Shown here one piece after another: positions 55,001-64,000 of a stretch of 64,000 bases of DNA. The position numbers and the translations under genes were made by a program. The stretch's first letter is position 1; each line of letters starts with the position of its first letter. The notes under the pieces were generated by a model. It was not told the DNA's origin. It saw only the letters and a program-made list of their open reading frames with translations, and made no database searches. Source of the stretch: an uncultured virus (IMG/VR IMGVR_UViG_3300011693_000001) (lineage: Duplodnaviria > Heunggongvirae > Uroviricota > Caudoviricetes); IMG/VR virus record IMGVR_UViG_3300011693_000001, positions 186,001 to 250,000 of that record. One strand, given 5' to 3'.

Positions 55001-55847
55001 TCATGTCCACACGGCTTCCTGATTTCCGTTTCACTTCGATAGAAGATTCCCCTTTCTTCTTTTTGTCGACAGCTTTCTTACGCTTAAGCGATTTGCCGCC
55101 TTTGACGTCGTAACCCTGCATCAGATCACTAACAACTTGAACGAGGTCATACACTTCCGACTTGGTGCGCTTACCACCGTTCTCACGGAACACAGTATCG
55201 ATAGTGGTGATGTTTCCTGCTTTGGAATCGTCGACCATATCCAGTTCGATTTCTTCCATGTGACGCAGACGCTTAACCGTTGTAGTGTGAACATCAGGAT
55301 CGACGCGGCGACCCTTAGCTTCCATCTGGCGACGTATCGGTTCAAACTCTTCCGGTGTGTACATGGTCGGCATGCTTTCCTTCGTGTAAGTCAAAACACA
55401 ACGAGCGTCTTTGCCTACCAGACGCATGTAGTTTTTGTTCACGAAGACAACATAAGCGGACATATAGTTGCTCAGATAATCCGCATTTGCACGACCACGA
55501 TAACGAACATATACCTTCTGACCAAAGGCAAAGCCGTGTTTACGTGTAGTAGCTTCTGCTCGCAGAAGAGCAGAAAGAATCTTCAAATTTTTCCCGTCGA
55601 TACCAGCAACGAGATTCGTAAGCCCTTCGAAACCTGTACTACCAACAAACCCTTCCAACTGACGAACATCAGGTGCGAACTTAGCACACGCTTCACAGTT
55701 CTCAGTCTTAGCAAACTCATCACGACAGCCTAGCTTCTGCTTGCCGCCAATAAGTTTGTCATAAGTAAACCCGCTGCAATCACCACAAGTGGTTTTTTGG
55801 CCGTGAAGGATGGTTGCTGCGATGCGGTTCTGAGTGGTGGTGCTCAT
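54993..55847 (-). CDS. Hypothetical protein with N-terminal Cys cluster and basic tail
   Basis: CGDC...C...CEAC. Confidence 0.7.
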   Translation of the reverse strand: MSTTTQNRIAATILHGQKTTCGDCSGFTYDKLIGGKQKLGCRDEFAKTENCEACAKFAPDVRQLEGFVGSTGFEGLTNLVAGIDGKNLKILSALLRAEATTRKHGFAFGQKVYVRYRGRANADYLSNYMSAYVVFVNKNYMRLVGKDARCVLTYTKESMPTMYTPEEFEPIRRQMEAKGRRVDPDVHTTTVKRLRHMEEIELDMVDDSKAGNITTIDTVFRENGGKRTKSEVYDLVQVVSDLMQGYDVKGGKSLKRKKAVDKKKKGESSIEVKRKSGSRVDMIV

Positions 55848-56322
55848 CTTGAAGGTATCCCTTATGAATTAGTGTATACTTGATGCAGTAAAGTATAGCA
55901 TTGGGTAGAGAGCCAAGCGCGTGATCAGTGCGAAACAGTTTCAACGCGCGATGAATCCTACAGGTGAGAGGAACTGTCAGCTTGTAATCCTTATCGAGCG
56001 GAATGTTATCATCTGCTCGAAGTATAGCTGATACCAGAATCTCTAAGTACGGTTTAGCGTTATTTTCTTGCCCTTCGTTTGCCCAAAACTGTTTCGGTGG
56101 CTTGCCGCCATGTTTATGAGCGACAATGCCTTCAGCTTGAGCGTGAAGTATCGTGTGACAAGAGCCGCATAGCGGGATTTGCAAACTGTTTTTCCCGCCT
56201 AGCGCTTGAGGGACTGTATGGTGCCAATGTAATGTGCGAAAGAAATGTTCGCAAATAAGACAGTTACCCTCTTGATACTTCTCTGTCACAGAAGCGGCAC
56301 ATGGCGGTGCGGTAAACTCCAA
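55780..56322 (-). CDS. HNH (zinc-binding) nuclease-domain protein
   Basis: CLIC......HWHHTVPQALGG......LCGSCH. Confidence 0.8.
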   Translation of the reverse strand: MEFTAPPCAASVTEKYQEGNCLICEHFFRTLHWHHTVPQALGGKNSLQIPLCGSCHTILHAQAEGIVAHKHGGKPPKQFWANEGQENNAKPYLEILVSAILRADDNIPLDKDYKLTVPLTCRIHRALKLFRTDHALGSLPNAILYCIKYTLIHKGYLQDEHHHSEPHRSNHPSRPKNHLW

Positions 56323-57188
56323 GATGTGAGTTTAACCGTACGACCAACACGCGAGAGAATCTTCAACTTCTCAGCCGGGATAAGCCAAGCGAGAGACAGG
56401 TTCGCGTTACGCGGATTGCGCTGGAAAGTAGGAGACATTAGCTCGTACTTAACAGGACTGTTCTTGTTAATCTGCGTAAGAACATCCATGACTACAGCAT
56501 GCAAGTCCAATTTGTTTTTCCGACCAGTACCAAACATTTCTGTGAGCTTAGGCACATCAGCCACCAACAACTTCTGCCCCTTCAGCACAACGAAAGATTC
56601 GGCAATACGCTCGTATCGGAAACCAACCTGCTTGAGAGCTTTATCTTCCAGCAGATTGAAGTCCTCGAACAGAGGGACAATCGGATAGTCGATAACGGTA
56701 AAAGGTGTAGCAATACGTTCGGGAAGTTTCGAAGCGCCGTCGTAAAACTTCTGCATCTTAGCGCGGTCAACGTCAGTAACAGGAGGAAGGCCAGTTCCCT
56801 CGTGAAACATTTTCACGTTGTTCTTAATGCGCTGCTCGATGAACATCAGTTTTCCACGGGCAGGATCGTTGAAATCTGCGATCAAGTCGATGAGTTTATA
56901 AACTCCATCTTTGCGTCCAATCATCATCACCATAGTGTTCAGACGTAGGACCAGCTGCTTGATATCGTTTTCAACGTTTGCGGGGAGTTGCAAAATCTTC
57001 GGGTTGAGAAGTTTGACGCAGGATTCCAGCGCATCGATAATCTCATTGCGCTTCTTAATCTCCCGCTTCGTTACAGCTTTGCGGAAAGCGTCAAACTCAG
57101 TGAACACAGAGAGTACGTGTTCGGCAGGGTCTTCCGGTACATTGTTGAGGATGATGTACTTTTGTTTCAGGTCTTTGAAGTAGCTCAT
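56286..57188 (-). CDS. Hypothetical protein
   Basis: Start reassigned to MSYFKDL behind AAGGAG. Confidence 0.75.
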   Translation of the reverse strand: MSYFKDLKQKYIILNNVPEDPAEHVLSVFTEFDAFRKAVTKREIKKRNEIIDALESCVKLLNPKILQLPANVENDIKQLVLRLNTMVMMIGRKDGVYKLIDLIADFNDPARGKLMFIEQRIKNNVKMFHEGTGLPPVTDVDRAKMQKFYDGASKLPERIATPFTVIDYPIVPLFEDFNLLEDKALKQVGFRYERIAESFVVLKGQKLLVADVPKLTEMFGTGRKNKLDLHAVVMDVLTQINKNSPVKYELMSPTFQRNPRNANLSLAWLIPAEKLKILSRVGRTVKLTSWSLPHRHVPLL

Positions 57189-57256
57189 TCCAAGCTCCTT
57201 ATTGGGGTGAGAACGCGGTCGCCTGTACAACCGTGAATCACAGGTAGGTAGCAGAG

Positions 57257-57266
57257 TAAATTAGCA
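57257..57266 (-). promoter_or_regulatory. Candidate promoter TGCTAATTTA
   Basis: Intergenic, just downstream of the hairpin at 57266-57293. Confidence 0.55.
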
Positions 57267-57293
57267 AGCCGTGGACTGCATCACCCACGGCTT
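57266..57293 (-). terminator. Hairpin after the topo II gene (weak U tract)
   Basis: AAGCCGTGG/CCACGGCTT 9-bp stem. Confidence 0.55.
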
Positions 57294-57301
57294 TACTCTG
57301 A

Positions 57302-60079
57302 CTACAATTTATCTTTTGTCTTCTTGATGTAAGCATCTACTTCATCGAGTTGACGAAGAACACGATCAGCTGGGGCTTTTTGATCAGCTTTCAGCGATTT
57401 AATCGTCTTCTTAATTTCCTTTTGCTTAGCTAGAATATCATTAAGTTCTAGCTTGGCAAGTCGGCGAGCTTGTAGGTCAAGAATGGCCTTAACAAACTCA
57501 GCTGGTTTCTTCCACTTTTTCATCAGCATCTGATCGGGGTCTTTCTTCGACTTCAATGCTTGGAAAATGTCTTCCAGATGATCGACAGCGAATTGCAGCA
57601 TTTCCTGATGCTGATACTTTTTCTCCTCATCAGCAATCAGTTTCTTCAACACCGCCGATTCAAGCTTTACTCGAAACTCACACCACTTCTCCAGCATACC
57701 AGCTACGTTAACTTCTCCAAAGTCAGCACTGCCGTCCTTGTTACGTCGCGTATAACCGATGTTGAATTGCAGTGCGCCGGTTAGCTCCTTCTCGATTTTC
57801 GAGATTAGCGGCTCCAGCAAATGATCATCTAGGTTTTTCTTAAAACTGATCGTGTATCGGATGTTGTAATTACCAACACCAGCTGCCGAGTCATCGTTGA
57901 TTTCCTTGATGCCGGGCAGGTCACGTAGTTTGACCAGTTTTTTCTCAATCGTGTTTTGCGAACCAAAAGCAGGCGAGCACGATTCAATGTACAGCTCGCG
58001 GCGGTGACGATCAAAGCGCGTTTCGCAAACAAAACGGATGCTACCACGACCAGTCTTGTACACTTCGAGGATTTCATCGAAAGTGGAAACAATACGACCG
58101 CCGTATTTCGAATTCACTTCCAAATTCTTTGCTAACCACTTGCTAGTGATTTTCTCACCTTGCAAACAACGCTTCACTGCTTTCAGTACACCTTTTAGCT
58201 TGAAGCTAGGCATACCTACAGCTACACCAAACGCAGGCGCCCGCACTGTACCGGTCAGAAGTATGACAGGTAACTTGGCGGGAAAGAAAAGAGGCCATTC
58301 GGCATCGTTCGAAAAGTTTTTTACATACGGAACAACAGCAAGATATTTCGGATCGAGAATAAACTTGTCGCTGAATTCAGACAGGCGTGCTTCCGTATTA
58401 TGAACGATCATACCGTTGGCTGTGTACGAGTTAGAACCCGGAACAGTCAGATCGTAAGTGGCCTCATCACCGATATAACGAATCGAGCGAACTTCGGTGA
58501 GGAAGTAGTCACAATCAAGGATATGCCGCAACTTACCAACAAGGGAAGGAAAATGCTTTCCGACAAACTTACCGACCGAGCTTAGCCATTCACGCAGACT
58601 TTCCAGAGTGCATGGCATCGCACGGCCAGACAGACCACGTAGCATAGCCAGCTCGTAACGTGGGATAGCTTGATTGTGCTCATTCACTTCACTATCAAGA
58701 ATCTCACTATAGTGATCGCGCACTACTTGCGGCAACCATGAGAGCTTCTGGTTATCGTAAGCAGAGTTGAGTGCTCTTCCGCCTTTGCGTTCAGAAAGGA
58801 AACCAATCTCTCTCTGAAACTTATCGTACATCGTCTTGCTGCACAGATACAGAGTATGTTTGCTCTGACGGAACGGCAGGCCGAATTTCGTCAGCAGCAA
58901 CACCTGTAGCTGATCCAGCAATTTGTTGCTTCTGGAACTGTAGCTGATGCCGGAGTTATGCACGCTACCGTCACCTTCAAACAATGCGGACAGGAAAGCG
59001 ACAACTTCTTTCTTGGAACCACGCAGAACACAAGCCGGAATCTCTTTGTCCTTAGCGGTGCACGGATGAATGCCGTTAGCTTCCAAGAACTTACGCACAT
59101 GAGTGGAGTTAATTGTGACTTGAGCGTATTTACGCTTAGCCCAATTCTTTTTATCAGGCTCACGCCACGTGGTAGATACCACAATTCCGGGAAACAGTTT
59201 TTCGGTAAGATCGGTGAAGAGATTCACCATAGCCTCGTCCGAATTCATAAACTGAATCGAAGCTGTGCCGATGCTACCTTCTGAAATAAGCAGACCGAGC
59301 CATGCAGCAAAGTCAGCGGACATACGCTTAGGCACGGGGTAAACTTTATAACCGTAGCGCAAAGAGGATTCGCTAGGTGCTTCCGGTTGAATCAGAACAC
59401 TACCCTGCTTGGGCCAAGAAACACTCGGGTTACGCTTGTAGCAAACAACATCACCCTCTTCCAGAGTCTCGATGGTACGCCATACGAAAGCCAAATCAGA
59501 GGAGAGAACCAGCAAAGGCTCGTTACTTGTACCTTTAATGTGACCTATTGCAGTTTCGACGCGATAAATTTCACGAACACCACTGTCCAACCAGAATGCA
59601 GCCTCTTCGACACCGTTACGTGTTTCGACTTTCAGTTGAATAGGCAGTTTCTTTTTAGGTGACAGACCCAACACGCTAGGAATATCACCGATAGGAATCA
59701 AACCTTTCTCAGTGCTTACCAGTGTATCGCCTGTGAAACAATAACGCATCGCTGCTGCACTTGAATCATGGCGACCCCAGTTACCAAAACCATCTACTAG
59801 GTTAGGCAGTGAATTCGCAATAGTAACCATCGCATCGTAGCAGGCTTGGTCGCCATGCGGATGGTATTTACCGATAACATCACCGACCGTACGTGCAGCT
59901 TTTTTATACGGATCGTTGTAATGCAAACCCAATTGGTACATCGACCAAAGAATTGCGCGGTGAACTGGTTTCAATCCATCGCGGTAATCTGGAATGGCGC
60001 GATTCTCTACAACGTGAGAACCGTATTCCAGCATTGCACCTTCAACAAACTCTTCGAGGTGCTGGTTATTCGTTCCCAT
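57302..60079 (-). CDS. gyrA: Type IIA topoisomerase subunit A (GyrA/ParC-like, no C-terminal pinwheel), intein-interrupted
   Basis: [45 protein letters not shown]. Confidence 0.92.
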   Translation of the reverse strand: MGTNNQHLEEFVEGAMLEYGSHVVENRAIPDYRDGLKPVHRAILWSMYQLGLHYNDPYKKAARTVGDVIGKYHPHGDQACYDAMVTIANSLPNLVDGFGNWGRHDSSAAAMRYCFTGDTLVSTEKGLIPIGDIPSVLGLSPKKKLPIQLKVETRNGVEEAAFWLDSGVREIYRVETAIGHIKGTSNEPLLVLSSDLAFVWRTIETLEEGDVVCYKRNPSVSWPKQGSVLIQPEAPSESSLRYGYKVYPVPKRMSADFAAWLGLLISEGSIGTASIQFMNSDEAMVNLFTDLTEKLFPGIVVSTTWREPDKKNWAKRKYAQVTINSTHVRKFLEANGIHPCTAKDKEIPACVLRGSKKEVVAFLSALFEGDGSVHNSGISYSSRSNKLLDQLQVLLLTKFGLPFRQSKHTLYLCSKTMYDKFQREIGFLSERKGGRALNSAYDNQKLSWLPQVVRDHYSEILDSEVNEHNQAIPRYELAMLRGLSGRAMPCTLESLREWLSSVGKFVGKHFPSLVGKLRHILDCDYFLTEVRSIRYIGDEATYDLTVPGSNSYTANGMIVHNTEARLSEFSDKFILDPKYLAVVPYVKNFSNDAEWPLFFPAKLPVILLTGTVRAPAFGVAVGMPSFKLKGVLKAVKRCLQGEKITSKWLAKNLEVNSKYGGRIVSTFDEILEVYKTGRGSIRFVCETRFDRHRRELYIESCSPAFGSQNTIEKKLVKLRDLPGIKEINDDSAAGVGNYNIRYTISFKKNLDDHLLEPLISKIEKELTGALQFNIGYTRRNKDGSADFGEVNVAGMLEKWCEFRVKLESAVLKKLIADEEKKYQHQEMLQFAVDHLEDIFQALKSKKDPDQMLMKKWKKPAEFVKAILDLQARRLAKLELNDILAKQKEIKKTIKSLKADQKAPADRVLRQLDEVDAYIKKTKDKL
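58397..59740 (-). mobile_element. Intein (448 aa) with LAGLIDADG endonuclease, right after the catalytic Tyr
   Basis: CFTGDTLV...WLGLLISEG...[10 protein letters not shown]...TYDLTV...[10 protein letters not shown] followed by T. Confidence 0.95.
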
Positions 60080-60244
60080 ACTTATACGTCCTTTAACTAT
60101 CCGCGGAACCTTAACTACTACCGGAACCGTAGAGCGCCCCTCGGCAAGTGCGGGGGTAGGGCCATGATAGCATGACCCTCCCGGCAGGTCAACACGTCTC
60201 AGCAGGTCCGACGAGCGGTCGAGTGTGATGGCACACAGCCATCA
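60080..60244 (-). promoter_or_regulatory. GC-rich structured intergenic leader upstream of the topo II gene
   Basis: Hairpins at 60226-60244 and 60158-60179, an enclosing stem, and duplicated GGTTCCG and TAGTTAA. Confidence 0.45.
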
Positions 60245-61777
60245 GTCCTCGGCGTCGTCATCATCGGCTTCGACGGATTTCTTTTTCGCTTTTGCTTTCT
60301 TCGCTTCCAATGCACGCTTTTCAGCAAGCATTGCAAGTTCGCCACCTTTCTTATTGCACTGATCTTCCAACCACAAACGAAGTGCTTTTGGCTTTACGCC
60401 CTTATCAGCACACAGGTCTTTGATTTGCGATTTAGTGCCTTCGATGAGAACTTTGAATTCAAGCCAAGAAAACTTCTTGCCGGCATACGGAGTACCTTCG
60501 CCGAAAAGAATCTTGTCACGCTGACCAGAGATTTGTCCTGTTGCTCTCAAATAATTCCAAGCATCCCAAGTCATGCAGAAGCCGGTAGGCTCCCCATCAG
60601 CATCACCGATACGAGTACGTAGAATTACTTCTTGCAGCGGACGACCACCGAGTTTGTTCTTGATGGTTTTGACTTTGATGTAGGCGTAGTAATCAACAGC
60701 ACCTTCATCTTTGATCGACTGCTCTTCTTCGATATAACCTTTGCCGTGTGGGATAACGGTTTTGGCTGTACGCATACGAACGTCCGAGAAGAACTTGAGT
60801 GCGTTACCACAAGGCTCGCGTTCAGTCGGACCATACATAACGCCAATGTTTTCACGAATCTGATTGATACCAACAATCACGATACGCTTCTTCTTCATCT
60901 TAGTCTTGATACGCGGAATCTGCTTCGAGAACATCCGCGCTTGCAGACCGAGCGAGTTATCACCATCTTCCTTATCGTCCATCGACTGCGGGTTCATCGC
61001 AGGATAAGAATCGGTCAGGATGATTGCTTGCAGGCTACCATCTTCTGCTTCAACACGCAGCTTGTTATGCTTGGAGAAATACTTCTTGTCGTATTTCCCT
61101 TTCAGCATCGACTGGTTTTCTTTGGTGTTCTCGTAAACGTAGTACCACTTGCCTTTCATGTACAACTTGTCAGGCAGGATACGTTCGAGTTCCGCAACAG
61201 CCGAGAAGAACTGTTCACCAGTATCCGGCGACGAGTAGTAAACCAGAGGTTCGCTAACGTAGTTACCGTCTTCGTCTTTCTGACCGAACACGTCTTCCGC
61301 ACTAACTTTCACACGGGCATTTTTCAGGATAGCTTCGAAGTAATCGAACTGCACCGAACCTTCGTAGTCGAAGTACGAGCTATAACCTTTGAAGTTGTTG
61401 CGCAGGATACTCGCAACGATAGTCATCGCCAGTGTCGACTTACACGACTGTTCACCACCCAACGCGGTGTACCAACCACCAGCAACCAGACCGCCGCTAA
61501 TAATCAAGTCGAGGGAGATTAGGCCAGTCGAGAATCGCGGCTCATCTTTCGACAACGCGCCACTAACAAGGTCGAACTTCTTTTCGATCTTATGCAAACG
61601 AGTGCGAGCAAAGCTAACCGGGTTAAAGAACTCAGGTTGCTCGATTGCTACTGCGCTACCAGAATCTTCGTTATCCTCTGCGCCTTTTTTGCGACGGGTC
61701 TTAGGGGCAGATTCTTTTTTCGGAGAAGCACGCTTACCACGCTTCTTTTCTGACTCAGCTTTCGCAGCCTTCGCCAT
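60242..61777 (-). CDS. recA: RecA/UvsX-like recombinase
   Basis: STGLISLD, GGEQSCKST, LQARMFSK, INQIRENIGVMYG.TE..CGNALKFFSDVR. Confidence 0.92.
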   Translation of the reverse strand: MAKAAKAESEKKRGKRASPKKESAPKTRRKKGAEDNEDSGSAVAIEQPEFFNPVSFARTRLHKIEKKFDLVSGALSKDEPRFSTGLISLDLIISGGLVAGGWYTALGGEQSCKSTLAMTIVASILRNNFKGYSSYFDYEGSVQFDYFEAILKNARVKVSAEDVFGQKDEDGNYVSEPLVYYSSPDTGEQFFSAVAELERILPDKLYMKGKWYYVYENTKENQSMLKGKYDKKYFSKHNKLRVEAEDGSLQAIILTDSYPAMNPQSMDDKEDGDNSLGLQARMFSKQIPRIKTKMKKKRIVIVGINQIRENIGVMYGPTEREPCGNALKFFSDVRMRTAKTVIPHGKGYIEEEQSIKDEGAVDYYAYIKVKTIKNKLGGRPLQEVILRTRIGDADGEPTGFCMTWDAWNYLRATGQISGQRDKILFGEGTPYAGKKFSWLEFKVLIEGTKSQIKDLCADKGVKPKALRLWLEDQCNKKGGELAMLAEKRALEAKKAKAKKKSVEADDDDAED

Positions 61778-61797
61778 GTTATAAACCTCACTAGAAT

Positions 61798-61824
61798 GAA
61801 GAAGAGGGAGGCTAGTGCCTCCCT
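61798..61824 (-). terminator. Intrinsic terminator after ssb
   Basis: AGGGAGGC/GCCTCCCT stem plus a pyrimidine tract on minus. Confidence 0.7.
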
Positions 61825-61850
61825 ACTGCTTAGAAAAACTCACAGCTCAC

Positions 61851-62963
61851 TTAGAACGGTACGTCTTTCTTTTTCTTCTTTTTCTTGCCACTATCCTTAG
61901 ACTTCTTAGAAGACTTAGCTTCCTTGTCCTTAGAAGATTTCTTTTTCTTCTTTGGAGCTTCGTCTTCGTCGTCGTCATCCTCGTCGTCATCGTCATCATC
62001 CGACTTGGACTTCTTAGAGGACTTCTTAGAGGACTTCTTTTTCTTCTTTGGAGCTTCGTCTTCGTCGTCGTCTTCGTCATCATCGTCGTCGTCATCCTCG
62101 TCTTCATCACGGGACTTCTTCGACTTCTTCTTGTCGCCTTTCTTTTTCTTACCTTTGCCAAGCGCGTAGCTGTCTTCGTCGTCTTCGTCGTCGTCAGTTT
62201 CATCACCGCCGACGTATTCGTTACGCTTGAAGTCTTCGGCTGCTTCTTTTTCAGACAGAAGGCCAGTCAGTGTCAGCAGTTCCGGCGAGAGATTGTAAGT
62301 CAGATACTCTTTCTCTTCATCAGTAATCGGAGTACGATCACCTTTATCAACACTGTACTTATCTGTACCCGAAGCTTTCGGCTTGTAACGCAGCATTACA
62401 TCACAGCCGTACTTCGGATGGTCGAGGTCGTAGTTGGCAGTTTTGCCAGTCTTCTTGTTTTTAGCTTTGTTCAGGTCTTTGAGTTCCTGAATACGGCTGG
62501 CTACAGAAGATGGGATACGGACAACCTTAACAGGAGTCCATGTTTTGCTATTCGGGTCTTTGAAGCCAGTCTTTGTTTCAGACTTAGTTGGATCAGACTT
62601 CTTAGCCGGCTCGTTCTCTTGTTCTTCCCGATCAATCGCATTCATCAGGTAGAAGAATTCGTAACTAGCTGTAGCGTTAGAGTCACCGCCACCGTGAGAA
62701 AGATCACAGTAAGGGCAGTGTACATCATGCGGCTCTTCTTCGTTCAGCGGGTTATGCTTGAGGCAATAGCGCGGAACCTTGATGATCTTCTTTTCTTTGC
62801 CAGCGTAGATTTTAATCCAGTGACGCTTGATGGAAAGAATCTGATCGCCAATGAGGCGGAAAGGAGTAATCTCGTCCGGTGCGAATTCCAGCAGCTTGAC
62901 TACTTCTTCCAGCCGCATGTTATCCTTACGGCCTGTTTTTGGTTTTGCTTTACCGATGGCCAT
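61851..62963 (-). CDS. ssb: Single-stranded DNA-binding protein (gp32-like) with D/E/K low-complexity tail
   Basis: HW...C...CPYC zinc site, acidic tail ending DVPF, next to recA. Confidence 0.75.
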   Translation of the reverse strand: MAIGKAKPKTGRKDNMRLEEVVKLLEFAPDEITPFRLIGDQILSIKRHWIKIYAGKEKKIIKVPRYCLKHNPLNEEEPHDVHCPYCDLSHGGGDSNATASYEFFYLMNAIDREEQENEPAKKSDPTKSETKTGFKDPNSKTWTPVKVVRIPSSVASRIQELKDLNKAKNKKTGKTANYDLDHPKYGCDVMLRYKPKASGTDKYSVDKGDRTPITDEEKEYLTYNLSPELLTLTGLLSEKEAAEDFKRNEYVGGDETDDDEDDEDSYALGKGKKKKGDKKKSKKSRDEDEDDDDDDDEDDDEDEAPKKKKKSSKKSSKKSKSDDDDDDEDDDDEDEAPKKKKKSSKDKEAKSSKKSKDSGKKKKKKKDVPF

Positions 62964-64000
62964 TGGTATCTCCGATTAGATGGCGTGTATCTCTATTTAC
63001 AGATAGTGCAGCGTAGGCGCGCCGCGTCACTTTGTTCACCTGCCGCACACAAAACCGACGATCACGTTTAAGTTCAACGCGCTTCGGTGTTGCATAAATG
63101 GCGGTTGGTGCTGGATTGCTTTTCAGTAAATGGCCAAACTCACTGCGCATCTGCTGATCCATCTTCTCGATTTCCTGCACAGAGAAATATTCTCCAATAT
63201 CGAGAAGCAAGCGTGCCGTTCCACGCTGATCCACTGACTTGATTAGATAACGAATGATATCATCCGTTTCGTCACGTTCAATGTTTTCGGCAATCCGTTC
63301 TTCGCTACTGACGGAACTATGAAGATTGCGTTCGCCTTCTTCATCGTCATTAGCCATACCGTCGAGGCTCACACTGAAGTTCACTTCGCCGCTTGATCCA
63401 GTAGCGAGTTTCTTCCGCTGTGTTTGCGGAATAGTGTACGCGATGCCATACTCATGCTCATCCGTACCGCAAGTCAGAGCATTGAGCACCCACCAGTTGA
63501 TGTATGAGGTAAGTGGGCCTCGATCACTGTCATATTTATCGATGGCGATCAGAACAGACTTGAGAATATTCTGACGAACATCCATGAAGTCGTAGTTCAT
63601 AGACGGGTTGCTTTCAATGTAAGAAGCAGCCTGTTTACTCGCCATCTTGACGTAATGATCGACTACTGTAGTTCGATAGTTATAGAAGTTGCGTAAGTAC
63701 CCATCGACCAACGACATGATGCGATATAAATCTTCGCGTGATGCGCAGCCGGCCTGACGAGCCATGTAGTCTAGTTGTTCGCGTAGCACTTCTCGGGATT
63801 TAGCGTTTACCATGTACTCACGGTATAACGACATGAACTCACGATTATGCGATTGGAACCTAGACAGGAACGTGTGGATAAATGAACGTTCAATCCGAGC
63901 GGAGCGGACGATTTCAAATTTCTCACGTCGATCCGTAGCTACCAAATACGAAGCTAACAACTCAATAACTGTTTCGCGTTCGATGGAGCTAATCTTACGC
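62950..64000 (-). CDS. Sigma-70-family RNA polymerase sigma factor (5' end beyond window)
   Basis: Region 2: YVKMASKQAASY...DFMDVRQN....VLIAIDKYDSDRGPLTSYINWWV; later VSLD. Frame is open to the window edge. Confidence 0.8.
   Translation of the reverse strand, partial: RKISSIERETVIELLASYLVATDRREKFEIVRSARIERSFIHTFLSRFQSHNREFMSLYREYMVNAKSREVLREQLDYMARQAGCASREDLYRIMSLVDGYLRNFYNYRTTVVDHYVKMASKQAASYIESNPSMNYDFMDVRQNILKSVLIAIDKYDSDRGPLTSYINWWVLNALTCGTDEHEYGIAYTIPQTQRKKLATGSSGEVNFSVSLDGMANDDEEGERNLHSSVSSEERIAENIERDETDDIIRYLIKSVDQRGTARLLLDIGEYFSVQEIEKMDQQMRSEFGHLLKSNPAPTAIYATPKRVELKRDRRFCVRQVNKVTRRAYAALSVNRDTRHLIGDTNGHR
62994..63002 (-). promoter_or_regulatory. Candidate promoter CTGTAAATA
   Basis: About 30 nt upstream of the ssb start; motif recurs at 33276 (+) and 45363-45371 (-). 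Confidence 0.5.

Noticed and set aside
61851..62200. Repetitive DNA resembling an array
   Set aside because: Coding low-complexity tail; no repeat-spacer periodicity and no cas genes, so not CRISPR.
61815..63071. 418-aa hydrophobic plus-strand ORF that looks like a membrane protein
   Set aside because: Mirror of the K/D/E repeats of ssb (AAG/GAC read as CTT/GTC).
1..64000. Alternative genetic code (stop reassignment)
   Set aside because: Long genes are intact under the standard code, and TAA, TAG and TGA all terminate genes; only one internal stop was found.
1..64000. tRNA/rRNA genes, integrase, reverse transcriptase or DGR repeats
   Set aside because: None recognised by eye in the short intergenic gaps or ORFs; tRNAscan-SE and a self dot-plot would be needed to exclude them formally.

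Overview
A 64-kb segment of a large (jumbo-type) myovirus of a Gram-negative host. Almost all genes are on the minus strand. Read in transcription direction (right to left), the window holds five blocks. (1) Replication and transcription: sigma-70-like factor, SSB, RecA/UvsX, intein-split type II topoisomerase A subunit, HNH protein, a second sigma-like protein and a DnaB helicase. (2) Packaging: intein-split large terminase, KTSC protein and portal. (3) A gp5-like spike and a DNA-maintenance cluster of SprT protease, MmcB-like nuclease, dTMP kinase and topoisomerase IB. (4) T4-like baseplate genes (PAAR, gp25, gp6/J, wedge, fibre) and a long fibre/decoration region with four collagen-like proteins, a 1323-aa multidomain adhesin and several paralogous modules. 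(5) A lysis cassette with a GH19 endolysin and spanin/holin candidates. From memory, not from a search, the gene content recalls PaBG/Lu11/Y3-type jumbo phages. The most notable unexplained signals are: a shared N-terminal (I/C)-(S/A)-L-(S/A)-(A/D) peptide on five unrelated proteins including Topo IB and SprT (candidate capsid-targeting/cleavage signal); a self-contained structured RNA at about 1160-1326 with a 12-nt perfect complement of the 16S rRNA 3' end and a candidate pseudoknot; two recurring promoter-like motifs matching two sigma-like genes; a GC-rich structured leader before the topo II gene; an HNH gene flanked by a 17-bp duplication; and a gene interrupted by one in-frame TAA. All assignments come from motif reading by eye; no database searches were run.
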